A DNA stretch of 62,448 nt from Alphaproteobacteria bacterium. GTDB lineage: Bacteria > Pseudomonadota > Alphaproteobacteria > JABAAW01. Below the pieces are notes generated by a model, which searched no databases, was not told the origin of the DNA, and saw only the letters and a program-made list of their open reading frames with translations. The stretch's first letter is position 1. Each line of letters starts with the position of its first letter. Shown piece after piece: positions 1 to 9,019 of this stretch. Both the position numbers and the translations under genes were made by a program. The stretch is taken from positions 1-62,448 of the forward strand of contig JABACB010000006.1 of NCBI GenBank assembly GCA_014237925.1. Direction: 5' to 3'.

Positions 1-49
1 AGTAGGGCGTTGCCGTCCCTTCTCTGCACGGATACTCAAAAATAGATAT

Positions 50-190
50 GGAAAACACAGACTGGAAAAAACAGACTGGAAAATATAGACTGGAGAAAAT
101 ATAGACTGGAGAAAATATAGAAAAGAGAAATTGCATACGAAAATTCGCAAGTTCTTGTTTATCCTTGTTTGTCTTTGTTTGTCCTTGTCT
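50..190. repeat. Intergenic degenerate tandem repeats (15-17 bp ggaaaatatagact-type, then 10 bp ttgtttgtcc-type)
   Basis: Visible repeated units in the AT-rich leader upstream of the first glycosyltransferase. Confidence 0.8.
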
Positions 191-309
191 TTCAGCGTTT
201 TCGTGCTTCGTACGGGCTTGAAGCCGCGCCAGTTTGCTTGAATTGCGGATTCTCGTATGTAAGCCCTCAAAAAAGGCTAAAAAAGAATAAACAAAGAATC
301 AACATAGCC

Positions 310-2022
310 ATGAGCACAACACAAAAAAACATAGGCATCGTTCTCTTTTTTCTTGTCGCGCTCAAGGCGAGTGCTCTCGTCGTTGTCTTCTCCGTCTTGC
401 ACCCAGGGTTCTCCTTGGATGCAGCCGAAATACTTTACTGGGCGCAAGAGCTGCAATGGAGCGGGCAAAAACATCCCGCCATGCCAGCGTGGATCCTAAA
501 AGCTTTCTTGTTGTGGTTGCCTAGCACTGCCGCGTCTTACTATCTTGTCGGGCAAGTAACATTGCTTGCAACCTATCTGTTCGTTTGGCTCTTGGCGAAA
601 GAGTTCCTGCAACCCTTCGCCGCGTTGCTCGCAACGCTTGTCCTTGCTTGCGGGCTCTTCTACAGCTTTTACAGTCTCACCTACAACGCCAACACCTTGT
701 CGCTACCGGCGTGGGCTGCCTTCAGCTTTTTTCTGTGGAAAGCGCTCGAAGACGGTAGATGCCGATGGTGGATCGCGCTCGCTTGCGCCGCAGCCTTCGC
801 GTTGCTGACAAAATATGCCGTCGTCTTGTTGTTCGCAGCAGCGGGGGGGGCTGTTCTGATCGTTCCGAAATGGCGCGCTTGTCTCAAAACCTACAAGCCT
901 TATTTGGCAGCGATCGTCGTCTTGCTACTGACGCTCCCCCACTGGCTGTGGGTTGTCGATCACAATTTCATCACCTTCGATTACGCAACAGCGCAGCTCT
1001 CGAAAAACATGCCGACTCTGTTTGCTCCCGCCCTTTATTTTCCGTTGCGATTCACTTTCGGACAGATCGTCAATATGCTTCCGGTGCTGTTGTGTCTCGC
1101 GGTCTTCTTCGTGCCGAAGCATAAAAAGACGAAGCGTACAAAGACGAAGCGTAGAAGGGGCTCGCGCCTTCAAGCGCTAGATGTGTCTTCCTGCTACAAC
1201 AAGAAAGTCTTTCTGTTGACCATGGGACTGATCCCTTGTTTTGTGACCGTTGTGTTGTCGATGGTTTTGCAGAAGTATGTGCATAGCTTGTGGGGATTGT
1301 TCTATTGGAACTTGACGGGGATCGCCTTCTTTTATTTCTTGAGAGAGAGGATCACACAAGAGGTGATTGCGAGAAGGGTTCGCCTTTTTTTTGTCGTTTG
1401 GACGCTTCTTGTTGTTCTGACGACCGTCGGTTTTTTGCTGCTGCCTTTCGCTACGAGTTCTAGCAAGGTATGGGTGTTTGAGAGTCCGTACCAGGGACAG
1501 AGAAGAGTCGGCGTGGGTTTTGAAGAGGGTGGAAATGAGCAGGCGAAGCGAGCGACTTCCAAGGAACGCGATTTTGTTCTTGATCTTAATCCCAGCTATC
1601 GTCCTTTCTTCGATGTCGATGTTGTCGTGCGGACGATTGCCGAAGGATGGCGTAGGGAGCGATCGTCGACTTTGTCGGTGATCGGCAGCGAGCAGTGGCT
1701 TGCGAGCAGCGTGTCTTTTTTCTCGCCGTCGCGTTTTTCGATCGTCGCGCTGTTTGACGCACACAGGACGGCGTGGCTGGCGCACAATCGAGAGCAGTGG
1801 AACGAAGAGGGGGGAGTTGTTTTGTGGGTGGCGCACGATGACACGCCTTATATGCCGCGTCGGTATCGACGGGCTTTGAGCGACCGTCCCTATGCTTTGC
1901 AGCCCTCGTTTTCTGTGCCGTGGCGAAAAATCTTGGGCTTGGAGGCGAGCATCGTGCGCGGACTTCCTGCGTCTACGATAGGTTGGGCGATCGTGCCGCC
2001 GTTGCCAAAAAAGAGTGAGTGA
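310..2022 (+). CDS. Integral-membrane GT-C glycosyltransferase (GT39/ArnT/RgtA-like), copy 1
   Basis: DAAE..YW.QE..W...KHP motif, YNAN and LLTKY motifs, many TM helices; ATG 310 preferred over TTG 169, which lies in repeats. Confidence 0.85.
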   Translation: MSTTQKNIGIVLFFLVALKASALVVVFSVLHPGFSLDAAEILYWAQELQWSGQKHPAMPAWILKAFLLWLPSTAASYYLVGQVTLLATYLFVWLLAKEFLQPFAALLATLVLACGLFYSFYSLTYNANTLSLPAWAAFSFFLWKALEDGRCRWWIALACAAAFALLTKYAVVLLFAAAGGAVLIVPKWRACLKTYKPYLAAIVVLLLTLPHWLWVVDHNFITFDYATAQLSKNMPTLFAPALYFPLRFTFGQIVNMLPVLLCLAVFFVPKHKKTKRTKTKRRRGSRLQALDVSSCYNKKVFLLTMGLIPCFVTVVLSMVLQKYVHSLWGLFYWNLTGIAFFYFLRERITQEVIARRVRLFFVVWTLLVVLTTVGFLLLPFATSSSKVWVFESPYQGQRRVGVGFEEGGNEQAKRATSKERDFVLDLNPSYRPFFDVDVVVRTIAEGWRRERSSTLSVIGSEQWLASSVSFFSPSRFSIVALFDAHRTAWLAHNREQWNEEGGVVLWVAHDDTPYMPRRYRRALSDRPYALQPSFSVPWRKILGLEASIVRGLPASTIGWAIVPPLPKKSE

Positions 2023-2043
2023 GAGCTATCGCAACAAGGCCAT

Positions 2044-2103
2044 GACACGTGCGTTGTGGACACGTGCGTTGTGGACAGGCGCGTTGTGGACATGCGCGTT
2101 GTG
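2044..2103. repeat. 15 bp tandem repeat x4 (gacacgtgcgttgtg)
   Basis: Directly visible between the two glycosyltransferase paralogs. Confidence 0.9.
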
Positions 2104-2154
2104 GGCTTGTGTTGCGTTGCTGCTGACATCTTGCGCGGGCGAGGCAATCTGACG

Positions 2155-3879
2155 ATGCGTGTTCGCAAGAACGACTGGGGAATATGGCTTGGTCTTGTTT
2201 TGTTGGTCCAAGCGGTTGTTTTGGTCGTGGTCTTTGCTTGTCTGCATCCGGGCTTGCAAGCGGATGCGGCGGAGATTCTCTACTGGACGCAGGAGCTACG
2301 ATGGAGCGGACAAAAGCATCCTGCCATGCCGTCGTGGATTCTGAGGGTCTTCTTGTTCTTTCTGCCCGATACCCTCGCCTCCTACTATCTTGTCGGACAA
2401 ATCACGCTAGTAGCCACCTATTTTTTCGTCTGGCGGCTGGCTCAAGAGTTTCTTGCACCCTTGTCTGCTCTGCTTGCGACGCTGATCCTTGCCTGCGGGT
2501 TTTTCTACAGCTTCTACAGCTTGACCTACAACGCGAACACCGTGTCGTTGCTGTCGTGGGCTGCCGTTAACTTCTTTTTTTGGAAAGCTCTCGACGACGG
2601 GCGACCACGATGGTGGATGGCACTCGCGCTCGCGGCAACGGTCGCGCTGCTGACGAAGTACGCAGCCGTCTTGTTGCTGGCGGCAGCGGGGATGACGGCA
2701 CTGATGCGCCCTCACTGGCGGAGACACTTCCAAACTTACAAACCTTACGCATGTGCGGGGGGGGTGTTGCTGCTCACCTCGCCGCATTGGTGGTGGGTCG
2801 TACAAAACGGCTACGCCACCTTTGCTTATGCAACGGTGCAGATCTCGCAAAAACCGGCTGTGCCGTTCTTGCCCGCGCTCTACTTTCCGTTGCGCTTCGT
2901 CTACGGACAGATCGTCAATATGCTCCCCGTTTTTTTGTGTTTCGCGGTCTTTCTTCCGTGGCGCGCCGCGCCGCAACCTTCTCACGAAGAGCTTCGCTCA
3001 GCACGCGATCGACGCGTTTTTCTGCTGACGATGGGACTGCTACCCTTCGTTTTTTCGGTTGCCTTCTCGGCATTGCAGCAGAAGTACATTCACAGCCTCT
3101 GGGGTTTGTTCTACTGGAACTTGACGGGAGTGGCACTCTTCTACTTCGCCAGGAACGCGATTTCTCTGCAGACGATTCGTCGAAGGGTGCCTGTTTTCTT
3201 TGCCGTGTGGGGTAGCCTCGTCTTGTTGACGACGGCGGGAGTGCTCGCCTTGCCTTTCGTCGCATCTCCGCGACAAGCGTGGCTGTTCGACGGTCCGTAT
3301 CAGGTGGTGACGAAACCCGTTGCCGCGAAGCCCTCGCTTATCGATGCGTTGCTCGGTCGTCGTGCACGGCAAACTTCTGGGCAACGGCTTGGGCAAAGCT
3401 TTGGAGATGAGAAAATGTCGTCGCGCGTCTTGCCGCGGATTTCGATGCCTCCGAGCTTGCGTCCTTTCTTCGACGGCAAGCTTGTTGCTCGGAGGGTTGC
3501 AGAGGGCTGGCGAGAGGCGGGGTATTCGCCGTTGTCGGTTGTCGGCGGCGGCTGGCTTGCGACCAATGTTTCTTTTTTTGCGCCTTCGAGACCTGCGGTC
3601 GTCGCGCTGTTCGACGGGGAGAGGACGGCGTGGCTTGCCCACAGCCGAGAGGAGTGGCGCGAGCAGGGAGGGGTTCTCTTGTGGTTTGCACGACATTCGA
3701 ACGAGGAGTTGCCGCGTCGGTATCGTCAGGTTTTGCGCGACCGACCTTATGTGTTGCAACAACCCTTTGTTGTGCCGTGGCGAAAGATTTTCGGAGTGGA
3801 GGTCAGGAGGGTGCGCGGCGTTCCCGCGCCGCTGATAGGGTGGGCGCTTGTTCCGCCCTTGGACGCGCGGCGTGAGTGA
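2155..3879 (+). CDS. Integral-membrane GT-C glycosyltransferase (GT39/ArnT/RgtA-like), copy 2
   Basis: Clear paralog of 310..2022 sharing WSGQKHPAMP, FYSFYSLTYNANT and HSLWGLFYWNLTG; ATG 2155 is in frame. Confidence 0.85.
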   Translation: MRVRKNDWGIWLGLVLLVQAVVLVVVFACLHPGLQADAAEILYWTQELRWSGQKHPAMPSWILRVFLFFLPDTLASYYLVGQITLVATYFFVWRLAQEFLAPLSALLATLILACGFFYSFYSLTYNANTVSLLSWAAVNFFFWKALDDGRPRWWMALALAATVALLTKYAAVLLLAAAGMTALMRPHWRRHFQTYKPYACAGGVLLLTSPHWWWVVQNGYATFAYATVQISQKPAVPFLPALYFPLRFVYGQIVNMLPVFLCFAVFLPWRAAPQPSHEELRSARDRRVFLLTMGLLPFVFSVAFSALQQKYIHSLWGLFYWNLTGVALFYFARNAISLQTIRRRVPVFFAVWGSLVLLTTAGVLALPFVASPRQAWLFDGPYQVVTKPVAAKPSLIDALLGRRARQTSGQRLGQSFGDEKMSSRVLPRISMPPSLRPFFDGKLVARRVAEGWREAGYSPLSVVGGGWLATNVSFFAPSRPAVVALFDGERTAWLAHSREEWREQGGVLLWFARHSNEELPRRYRQVLRDRPYVLQQPFVVPWRKIFGVEVRRVRGVPAPLIGWALVPPLDARRE

Positions 3880-4885
3880 CGGGGCGGCGAGGGCGAGGGG
3901 AGAGGAGGGTGAGGGTTTGCGCGTCGGGGCATCGTTGAGAAGGCGTTTGGCGTTGCGCGAGCGTATCGTTTCGCGGCGTGTGCGACGGGGCAGGGATGCG
4001 GAGTTTCTTTTTCGCCATGCGGGCGAGTTGTTGGCGGACAAGTGGCTTGATTTGAAGCGGCCTGTCGAGCGTGTTGTGGCGCTCACGCCGCGCGACGGCG
4101 CTTTGTTGCAGGCTTTGGCGGAGGGGGGAGCTTTGCAGCGCATGGGTCAATTGACGCTGTGCGAGCCCTCGCGGCGTTTGGCGATGTTGTTGGAACAAAA
4201 CGCGGTGCGGCTTGTGCCGCGGGAGTTGCGTTCTCGGTTGCGCGTCAAGGTTTCTTTGGAGGACGAGGTTGAGCTGTTCGATGCGGCGCTGTCTTTCTTT
4301 TCGTTGCATTGGGAGCAGGACTTGTCGCGGTCTTTGACGACACTGGCGGCTTTGCTGAAGGCGGACGCACCTTTCTACGCTGTTGCGTTCGGCGAGGGGA
4401 CGCTCGGTGTTTTGGCGCAAACCTTGTTGAAAGCCGAATCGCGCTTGCGGCATCGTGTTTGCATGCGCGTGCCTAGTTTTCCTTCGCTGGAGCGTGCGGG
4501 CAATGCCATGCGCGACTTGCCTTTTATGCACCAGCCTTTTGTCGAAAGTTTTTGTGTCGAGGCGGACTACGAGAACCTGTGGGATTTGCTGAGCGACGTG
4601 CAGGCGATGGGAGAATCGGGGGCGCTCGCCGAGACGACGCCTTTGTCGAGGGAGGTGGTGGCGCTAGCGGACGCGCTGTATCCTCGTTCTAGGGGGCGAT
4701 TGTTGGCAGAGTTCCATGCGCTCGTGCTGCACGGCTGGACGGCATCGGCTCCTTCATCTTCGTCCTCCGCATCTTCGTCCTCAGCGTCTTCGTCCTCGGC
4801 GTCTTCGTCCTCAGCGTCTTCGTCCCCGGCGTCTTCGTCCTCGGCGCACAAGGGAGGAGACAAGCGTCGGGAAGGCGAGCGTTAG
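3872..4885 (+). CDS. Diverged SAM-dependent methyltransferase-like protein (BioC/NDUFAF5-like) with Ser-rich tail
   Basis: FLF..(A)..L.D, FD...S..SLHW..DL, FG..TL..L and L..D...MGE motifs typical of the family; start uncertain. Confidence 0.7.
   Translation: MSDGAARARGEEGEGLRVGASLRRRLALRERIVSRRVRRGRDAEFLFRHAGELLADKWLDLKRPVERVVALTPRDGALLQALAEGGALQRMGQLTLCEPSRRLAMLLEQNAVRLVPRELRSRLRVKVSLEDEVELFDAALSFFSLHWEQDLSRSLTTLAALLKADAPFYAVAFGEGTLGVLAQTLLKAESRLRHRVCMRVPSFPSLERAGNAMRDLPFMHQPFVESFCVEADYENLWDLLSDVQAMGESGALAETTPLSREVVALADALYPRSRGRLLAEFHALVLHGWTASAPSSSSSASSSSASSSSASSSSASSSPASSSSAHKGGDKRREGER
4757..4846. repeat. 15 bp tandem repeat x6 encoding (SSSSA)n
   Basis: tcttcgtcctc(a/g/c)gcg units in frame at the 3' end of the methyltransferase. 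Confidence 0.95.
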
Positions 4886-4888
4886 GGG

Positions 4889-6358
4889 CTAGGGTTGGGG
4901 TTGGGCGAGGGCTTGTTCCAGCCGTTCGAGGGTTTGGCGTTTTCCAAGCACGGCGATCACTTCGCTGATGTCGGGCGAATCCATGCGTCCTGTGCAGACG
5001 GCGCGCAGGGGTTTTGCAAGGTCGGCGAATCCGAGCGACAGGCTCTGCGCTGTTTGGCGCATCGTTTGCGCGAGGGCGTGGGCTTGCCAGTCTGCGTCGT
5101 TCGTCTGCGCGAGGTTCTCGTCGAGGCGGGTCAGGGCTTGGGGCGGAAGGTTGAGAAGTGCCTCGTCCCAAACCTTTCGCGCCGTGGCATCGGGCAGAGG
5201 GAGGGTGGGCTTCTCGAAGTAGAAGCTGCCGAGCGCGACGAGGTTTTGTAGCGTTGTTGCGCGCTGCCGCAAGCCTTCGAGTCCTTGAAAGAATCGACGA
5301 CGGGCATCGGAGTCCGCCGAGGCGGGCAGGAAGGGTTGCAAGCGCGCTTGCAGATCGTCGAGCGGCAGAGTTCGCAGGTAGTGTGCGTTCAGGTGTTCGA
5401 GGCGTGCGTAGGAGACGCGCGCGGGTGCGGCGTTCAAGCCTTTGAGGTCGAACAGCTCGATGGCTTGTGGCATCGAGACGATCTCCAAGTCTTTGTGTCC
5501 CCAGCCGAGACGGAGAAGGAAGTTTGTCAGCGCTTCGGGGAGAAACCCTTGCTTGCGAAACTCTCCGATGGAACTTGAGCCGGTGCGTTTCGAAAGCTTG
5601 TGGCCGTCTTCGTCCAGCACCATGGGGATGTGCGCGTAGGCGGGTTTCGCCTGTTGTGTCGAGAAGATGTTGGCGCTTAGGCAGGCGTTGTAGAGGGCTT
5701 GTTGGCGGAAGGTGTTGGTGAGGTGGTCGTCGCCGCGGACGATGTGGGTGATGTTGGAATCGTAGTCGTCGACGACGACCGAGAGCATGTAGGTGGGGGA
5801 GCCATCGGAGCGGAGCAGGACGAAGTCGTCGATTTGCGCGTTTGGGGAGGTGATCGTTCCTTTGACGCTGTCGTCGAGGGTCGTTGTTCCTTCGTGCGGC
5901 ACTTTGAGGCGCACGACGGAGCTGGCATCGGCGTTGCGAGGCGCGTCCTTATGGGATTTTTCGCGCCAGGGGCTTTTGAAGACATCGCCGCGGTTGCGCG
6001 CTTCGGTGCGGGCTGCGTCTTTGCTGTCGCGCAAGACGCTGTCGTAGCAGCGGTAGGCTTTGCCTGCTTCGAGAAGTTGATCAGCGACTTTTGTGTGTTT
6101 GTCGTGTCTTGCGGATTGAAGAACATGCTCGCCGTCCCACTCGATACCGAGCCACTGCAGGTCTTGGACGATGCTTTCTGTGTTGTCGTCGATGGTTTGT
6201 CCGTTCGAGGGCGGATTCTTCTTGTCGGTGTCCTCGATGCGAAGGAGGAACTTGCCGTTGTGTTTTTTGGCGTAGAGAAAGTTGTAAAGAGCCGTGCGGG
6301 CACCGCCAAGGTGCAAACCCCCCGTGGGGCTTGGGGCAAATCGTACGCGGGTAGTCAT
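4889..6358 (-). CDS. gltX: Glutamyl-tRNA synthetase
   Basis: RFAPSPTG, HLGG (HIGH), LLRIEDTD, HIVRGDDH and KLSKR (KMSKS) motifs. Confidence 0.97.
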   Translation of the reverse strand: MTTRVRFAPSPTGGLHLGGARTALYNFLYAKKHNGKFLLRIEDTDKKNPPSNGQTIDDNTESIVQDLQWLGIEWDGEHVLQSARHDKHTKVADQLLEAGKAYRCYDSVLRDSKDAARTEARNRGDVFKSPWREKSHKDAPRNADASSVVRLKVPHEGTTTLDDSVKGTITSPNAQIDDFVLLRSDGSPTYMLSVVVDDYDSNITHIVRGDDHLTNTFRQQALYNACLSANIFSTQQAKPAYAHIPMVLDEDGHKLSKRTGSSSIGEFRKQGFLPEALTNFLLRLGWGHKDLEIVSMPQAIELFDLKGLNAAPARVSYARLEHLNAHYLRTLPLDDLQARLQPFLPASADSDARRRFFQGLEGLRQRATTLQNLVALGSFYFEKPTLPLPDATARKVWDEALLNLPPQALTRLDENLAQTNDADWQAHALAQTMRQTAQSLSLGFADLAKPLRAVCTGRMDSPDISEVIAVLGKRQTLERLEQALAQPQP

Positions 6359-6433
6359 CGAATCAGCGTGGCATCAGTGTTACGCACCAGTATGAGACGC
6401 ATGTGTTACATCGCCTCAACCTTCAACGCCAAG

Positions 6434-6744
6434 CTATAACACGAACCAGATTGAAAGTAAAGTCTCAACCCAGCTGGTTTTCTTGGCGCGTCTGTTGCGC
6501 GAGCGCGTGCTTGTCAAGAAGCACAAGCGTGCGCGTAACAGAGATGTCACAGACGGACAAATCTATCCCAACCTCCTCTCTATCCCAACCTTCTCCTGCC
6601 TTCTGCCAATCCTCTCGTCCTGTCATGCGCAAAATCGTCGCCTCTGTGACGCGAGCCAGCTTGAAAGTAAAGTCTCAACCCAGCTGGTTTTCTTGGTCGT
6701 CTGTTGCGCGAGCGCGTGCTCGTTGCGCGCAACAGACATGTCAG
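6434..6744. repeat. Diverged direct repeat pair (6434-6548 and 6644-6744), each containing a hairpin
   Basis: ttgaaagtaaagtctcaacccagctggttttcttgg is identical at 6451 and 6661; both copies carry a tctgttgcgcg...cgcg(c/t)aacaga stem. Confidence 0.9.
6555..6640 (-). pseudogene. Duplicated fragment of the rsmA 3' region
   Basis: Translates TILRMTGREDWQKAGE...GIDLS versus TILRMAGREDWRKAGEDAGIDLS in RsmA (6926-6996). Confidence 0.85.
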
Positions 6745-6856
6745 TAGAACTTCGCATCGCTCATCGATGCTTCGCACTATTGTTTGTTCATTTTTTTGCG
6801 CCCATCTTTTTGCGCCTATTTTTTTCCACCCCCACCCATTTCTTACTGCTCTTGTC

Positions 6857-7744
6857 TTACTGCTCTTGTTTTGCTGCTTTTGCCCAGCGTAGCCACTCTT
6901 CTCCCCTCGCCTCCCCCGCCCGTCTGGACAAATCTATCCCAGCGTCCTCCCCCGCCTTCCGCCAATCTTCTCGCCCCGCCATACGCAAAATCGTCGACAT
7001 CTTCTTCCTGCGATACGAAAACAATAGCCCCGTCATCTCCGCCACAAGGGCATACTCCTCGCTGGTCGCCGTGTGTTCTCGCTCTCCGCGAGGAAAGAAT
7101 CGCACCACACACGAAACAACCTTAGGCACAGGAACAAAAGAAGACGGCGCAACATCAAAACATCGCTCGACACGAGACCGCAACCCCACCAACACCGAAA
7201 GCCTCCCGTAAGCGGCATCGCCGACCTCCGCCGTGATACGCTCGGCAACCTCGCGCTGAAACATCAACACCATCACCTTATGGCGACCTTCCCCCTCGCG
7301 CTCTAGCAACCTTCGCAAAATCACCGTACCTACGCTGTACGGCAGGTTGCCTACAATAACCGCGTCGTCTTCGCCGTCTCTTTTTTGAAGGATTTTTCCA
7401 TAATCCATCGTTCTCGCATCTCCCTCCACCACCTCCAATTCCCTTCCCTCGCTTAGCCCCTCGCTCCATCGTCTTAAGAAATCCGCTAGCCTTGCTTCCG
7501 CCTCGATGGCAACGATCCGCCTAGCTCCCTGGTGAAACAGCGCGCGCGTCAAAGCCCCTGCGCCTGCGCCAATCTCCACCACCGGCGACGAAGAAAGCCC
7601 CCCCCCGACATCACAACTTTGGGCAATACGCCTCGCGCAATCCGCATCTCTCAAGAAGTTCTGTCCGCGACTCTTCTGTCTGGCGCTCGCTTGCAACAAG
7701 CCGGCAGAGCGCAGCAGAGCCTGCATGTCCTCGTTCTCCTTCAA
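6857..7744 (-). CDS. rsmA: 16S rRNA m6,2A dimethyltransferase
   Basis: GQNFL, VEIGAGAGALT, GNLPY, MFQREVAERI and YGRLSV motifs; follows pdxA. Confidence 0.95.
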   Translation of the reverse strand: MKENEDMQALLRSAGLLQASARQKSRGQNFLRDADCARRIAQSCDVGGGLSSSPVVEIGAGAGALTRALFHQGARRIVAIEAEARLADFLRRWSEGLSEGRELEVVEGDARTMDYGKILQKRDGEDDAVIVGNLPYSVGTVILRRLLEREGEGRHKVMVLMFQREVAERITAEVGDAAYGRLSVLVGLRSRVERCFDVAPSSFVPVPKVVSCVVRFFPRGEREHTATSEEYALVAEMTGLLFSYRRKKMSTILRMAGREDWRKAGEDAGIDLSRRAGEARGEEWLRWAKAAKQEQ

Positions 7745-7792
7745 GCTTCTTGCCAGGAATCAGAATTCGGAGTCAGAATTCATGGGCAGAGC

Positions 7793-8950
7793 TCACGCGG
7801 CTTGTTTCGGGTTGTGCGAGCTTGTCCTCTTGTCGTCCCCCCCTTGTCGCCCCCTTGTCGTCTCTTTTGTCGTCTCTTTTGTAATTTCTTTTGTAATTTT
7901 TTGGGTCGTCCTTTCGCGCCTCGTCTTCGCTATCCGCCACGCCATCGCCAAAGCAGCGGTAAGGCTGCCCGCATCGGCAATCCCTCGTCCGACAATGTCG
8001 CGTGCCGTACCATGGTCGGGCGAACAGCGCACGATCGGCAACCCCAGCGTGATGTTGACCGCTTGTTGATTCGACAGCAGCTTCAAGGGAATCAAACCCT
8101 GGTCGTGATACAAGGTCAAAGCGCAGTCGAAAGTCTTGCGCAGGCGGGGCAGGAAAAGGCTGTCCGAAGGATGCGGTCCTGTCGTGGCGATCCCCTCCTT
8201 GCACAAGCGAGCAACGGCGGGTTGTAGAATTGTCTTCTCCTCGTCGCCGCACGCTCCGCCCTCTCCCGCGTGAGGGTTCAACCCCGCGACCGCCAGCCGA
8301 GGTTGCTGGATGCCGAAATCTTCCTTCAACGCTCTGTGAGCCATGCGCGCAGCCTCCAGCACGCTCGTCTTGTCCAGCATCGCCACCGCGTGTCGCAGCG
8401 CGACATGCCGCGTGACAGGCAAGGTGCGCAGCCCGCGCCACGCGAGCAGCATTCCGTATCGCTCGACCCCCAAGGCTGTGGCGATGTATTCCGTATGTCC
8501 CCAAAGGACATGCTCGTCGTGGGAGAGAGCCGAAGGATTTCGAGGCTGTTCGGAAAAAATCTCCTTTTCGACAGGAAGCGTGACGACCCCGCAAGCCTTC
8601 CCCTCGGCGCACAAGCGCACGGCTGCATCGATCGACGCACGCGCTGCTAGCCCCTCGTCCAACAAGGGCAGGGCGAGCGGGAAGTGCGCGCGCGCCTCCT
8701 CGACCCCCGACACTCTGCGACAAGGTATAGAGAAAGCTTCGAAGTCTTCTTTGCGTCCGCCGAGCGACAGGAAGCAAGGCGATTCTTTGCCGCCCTTGCC
8801 CTGATGTCGCTGCGCCCAAAAGCGCCATGCCTTAGAAAGAACCTCCGCACCGATGCTTTCACGGCTACCCGCGGTGACGACCAACGGAGGCTGAGGTGCA
8901 TCAGGAGATAATCCGCAAGGAAACTGGGAAGATGATTCGGAAGATAGCAT
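7793..8950 (-). CDS. pdxA: 4-hydroxythreonine-4-phosphate dehydrogenase
   Basis: GHTEY, GLNPHAGEGG, YHDQGLIPLK and N.TLGLP..R.SPDHGTA motifs. Confidence 0.96.
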   Translation of the reverse strand: MLSSESSSQFPCGLSPDAPQPPLVVTAGSRESIGAEVLSKAWRFWAQRHQGKGGKESPCFLSLGGRKEDFEAFSIPCRRVSGVEEARAHFPLALPLLDEGLAARASIDAAVRLCAEGKACGVVTLPVEKEIFSEQPRNPSALSHDEHVLWGHTEYIATALGVERYGMLLAWRGLRTLPVTRHVALRHAVAMLDKTSVLEAARMAHRALKEDFGIQQPRLAVAGLNPHAGEGGACGDEEKTILQPAVARLCKEGIATTGPHPSDSLFLPRLRKTFDCALTLYHDQGLIPLKLLSNQQAVNITLGLPIVRCSPDHGTARDIVGRGIADAGSLTAALAMAWRIAKTRRERTTQKITKEITKETTKETTRGRQGGDDKRTSSHNPKQAA

Positions 8951-9019
8951 GGCGTTTGGGGAAAAGACCGCTGCCGCTTCGTTCGGCGAGAATGAGAACT
9001 TTGCGCGCAGGAAGAGAGA

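Noticed and set aside
6434-6660. DGR-like adenine-only differences (ctataacacgaaccaga vs ctgtgacgcgagccagc)
   Set aside because: Only 17 bp, other parts of the duplication differ at non-A positions, and the window has no reverse transcriptase or target ORF
6449-6700. CRISPR-like ATTGAAAG repeat end
   Set aside because: Only two copies 210 bp apart, explained by a local duplication; no cas genes
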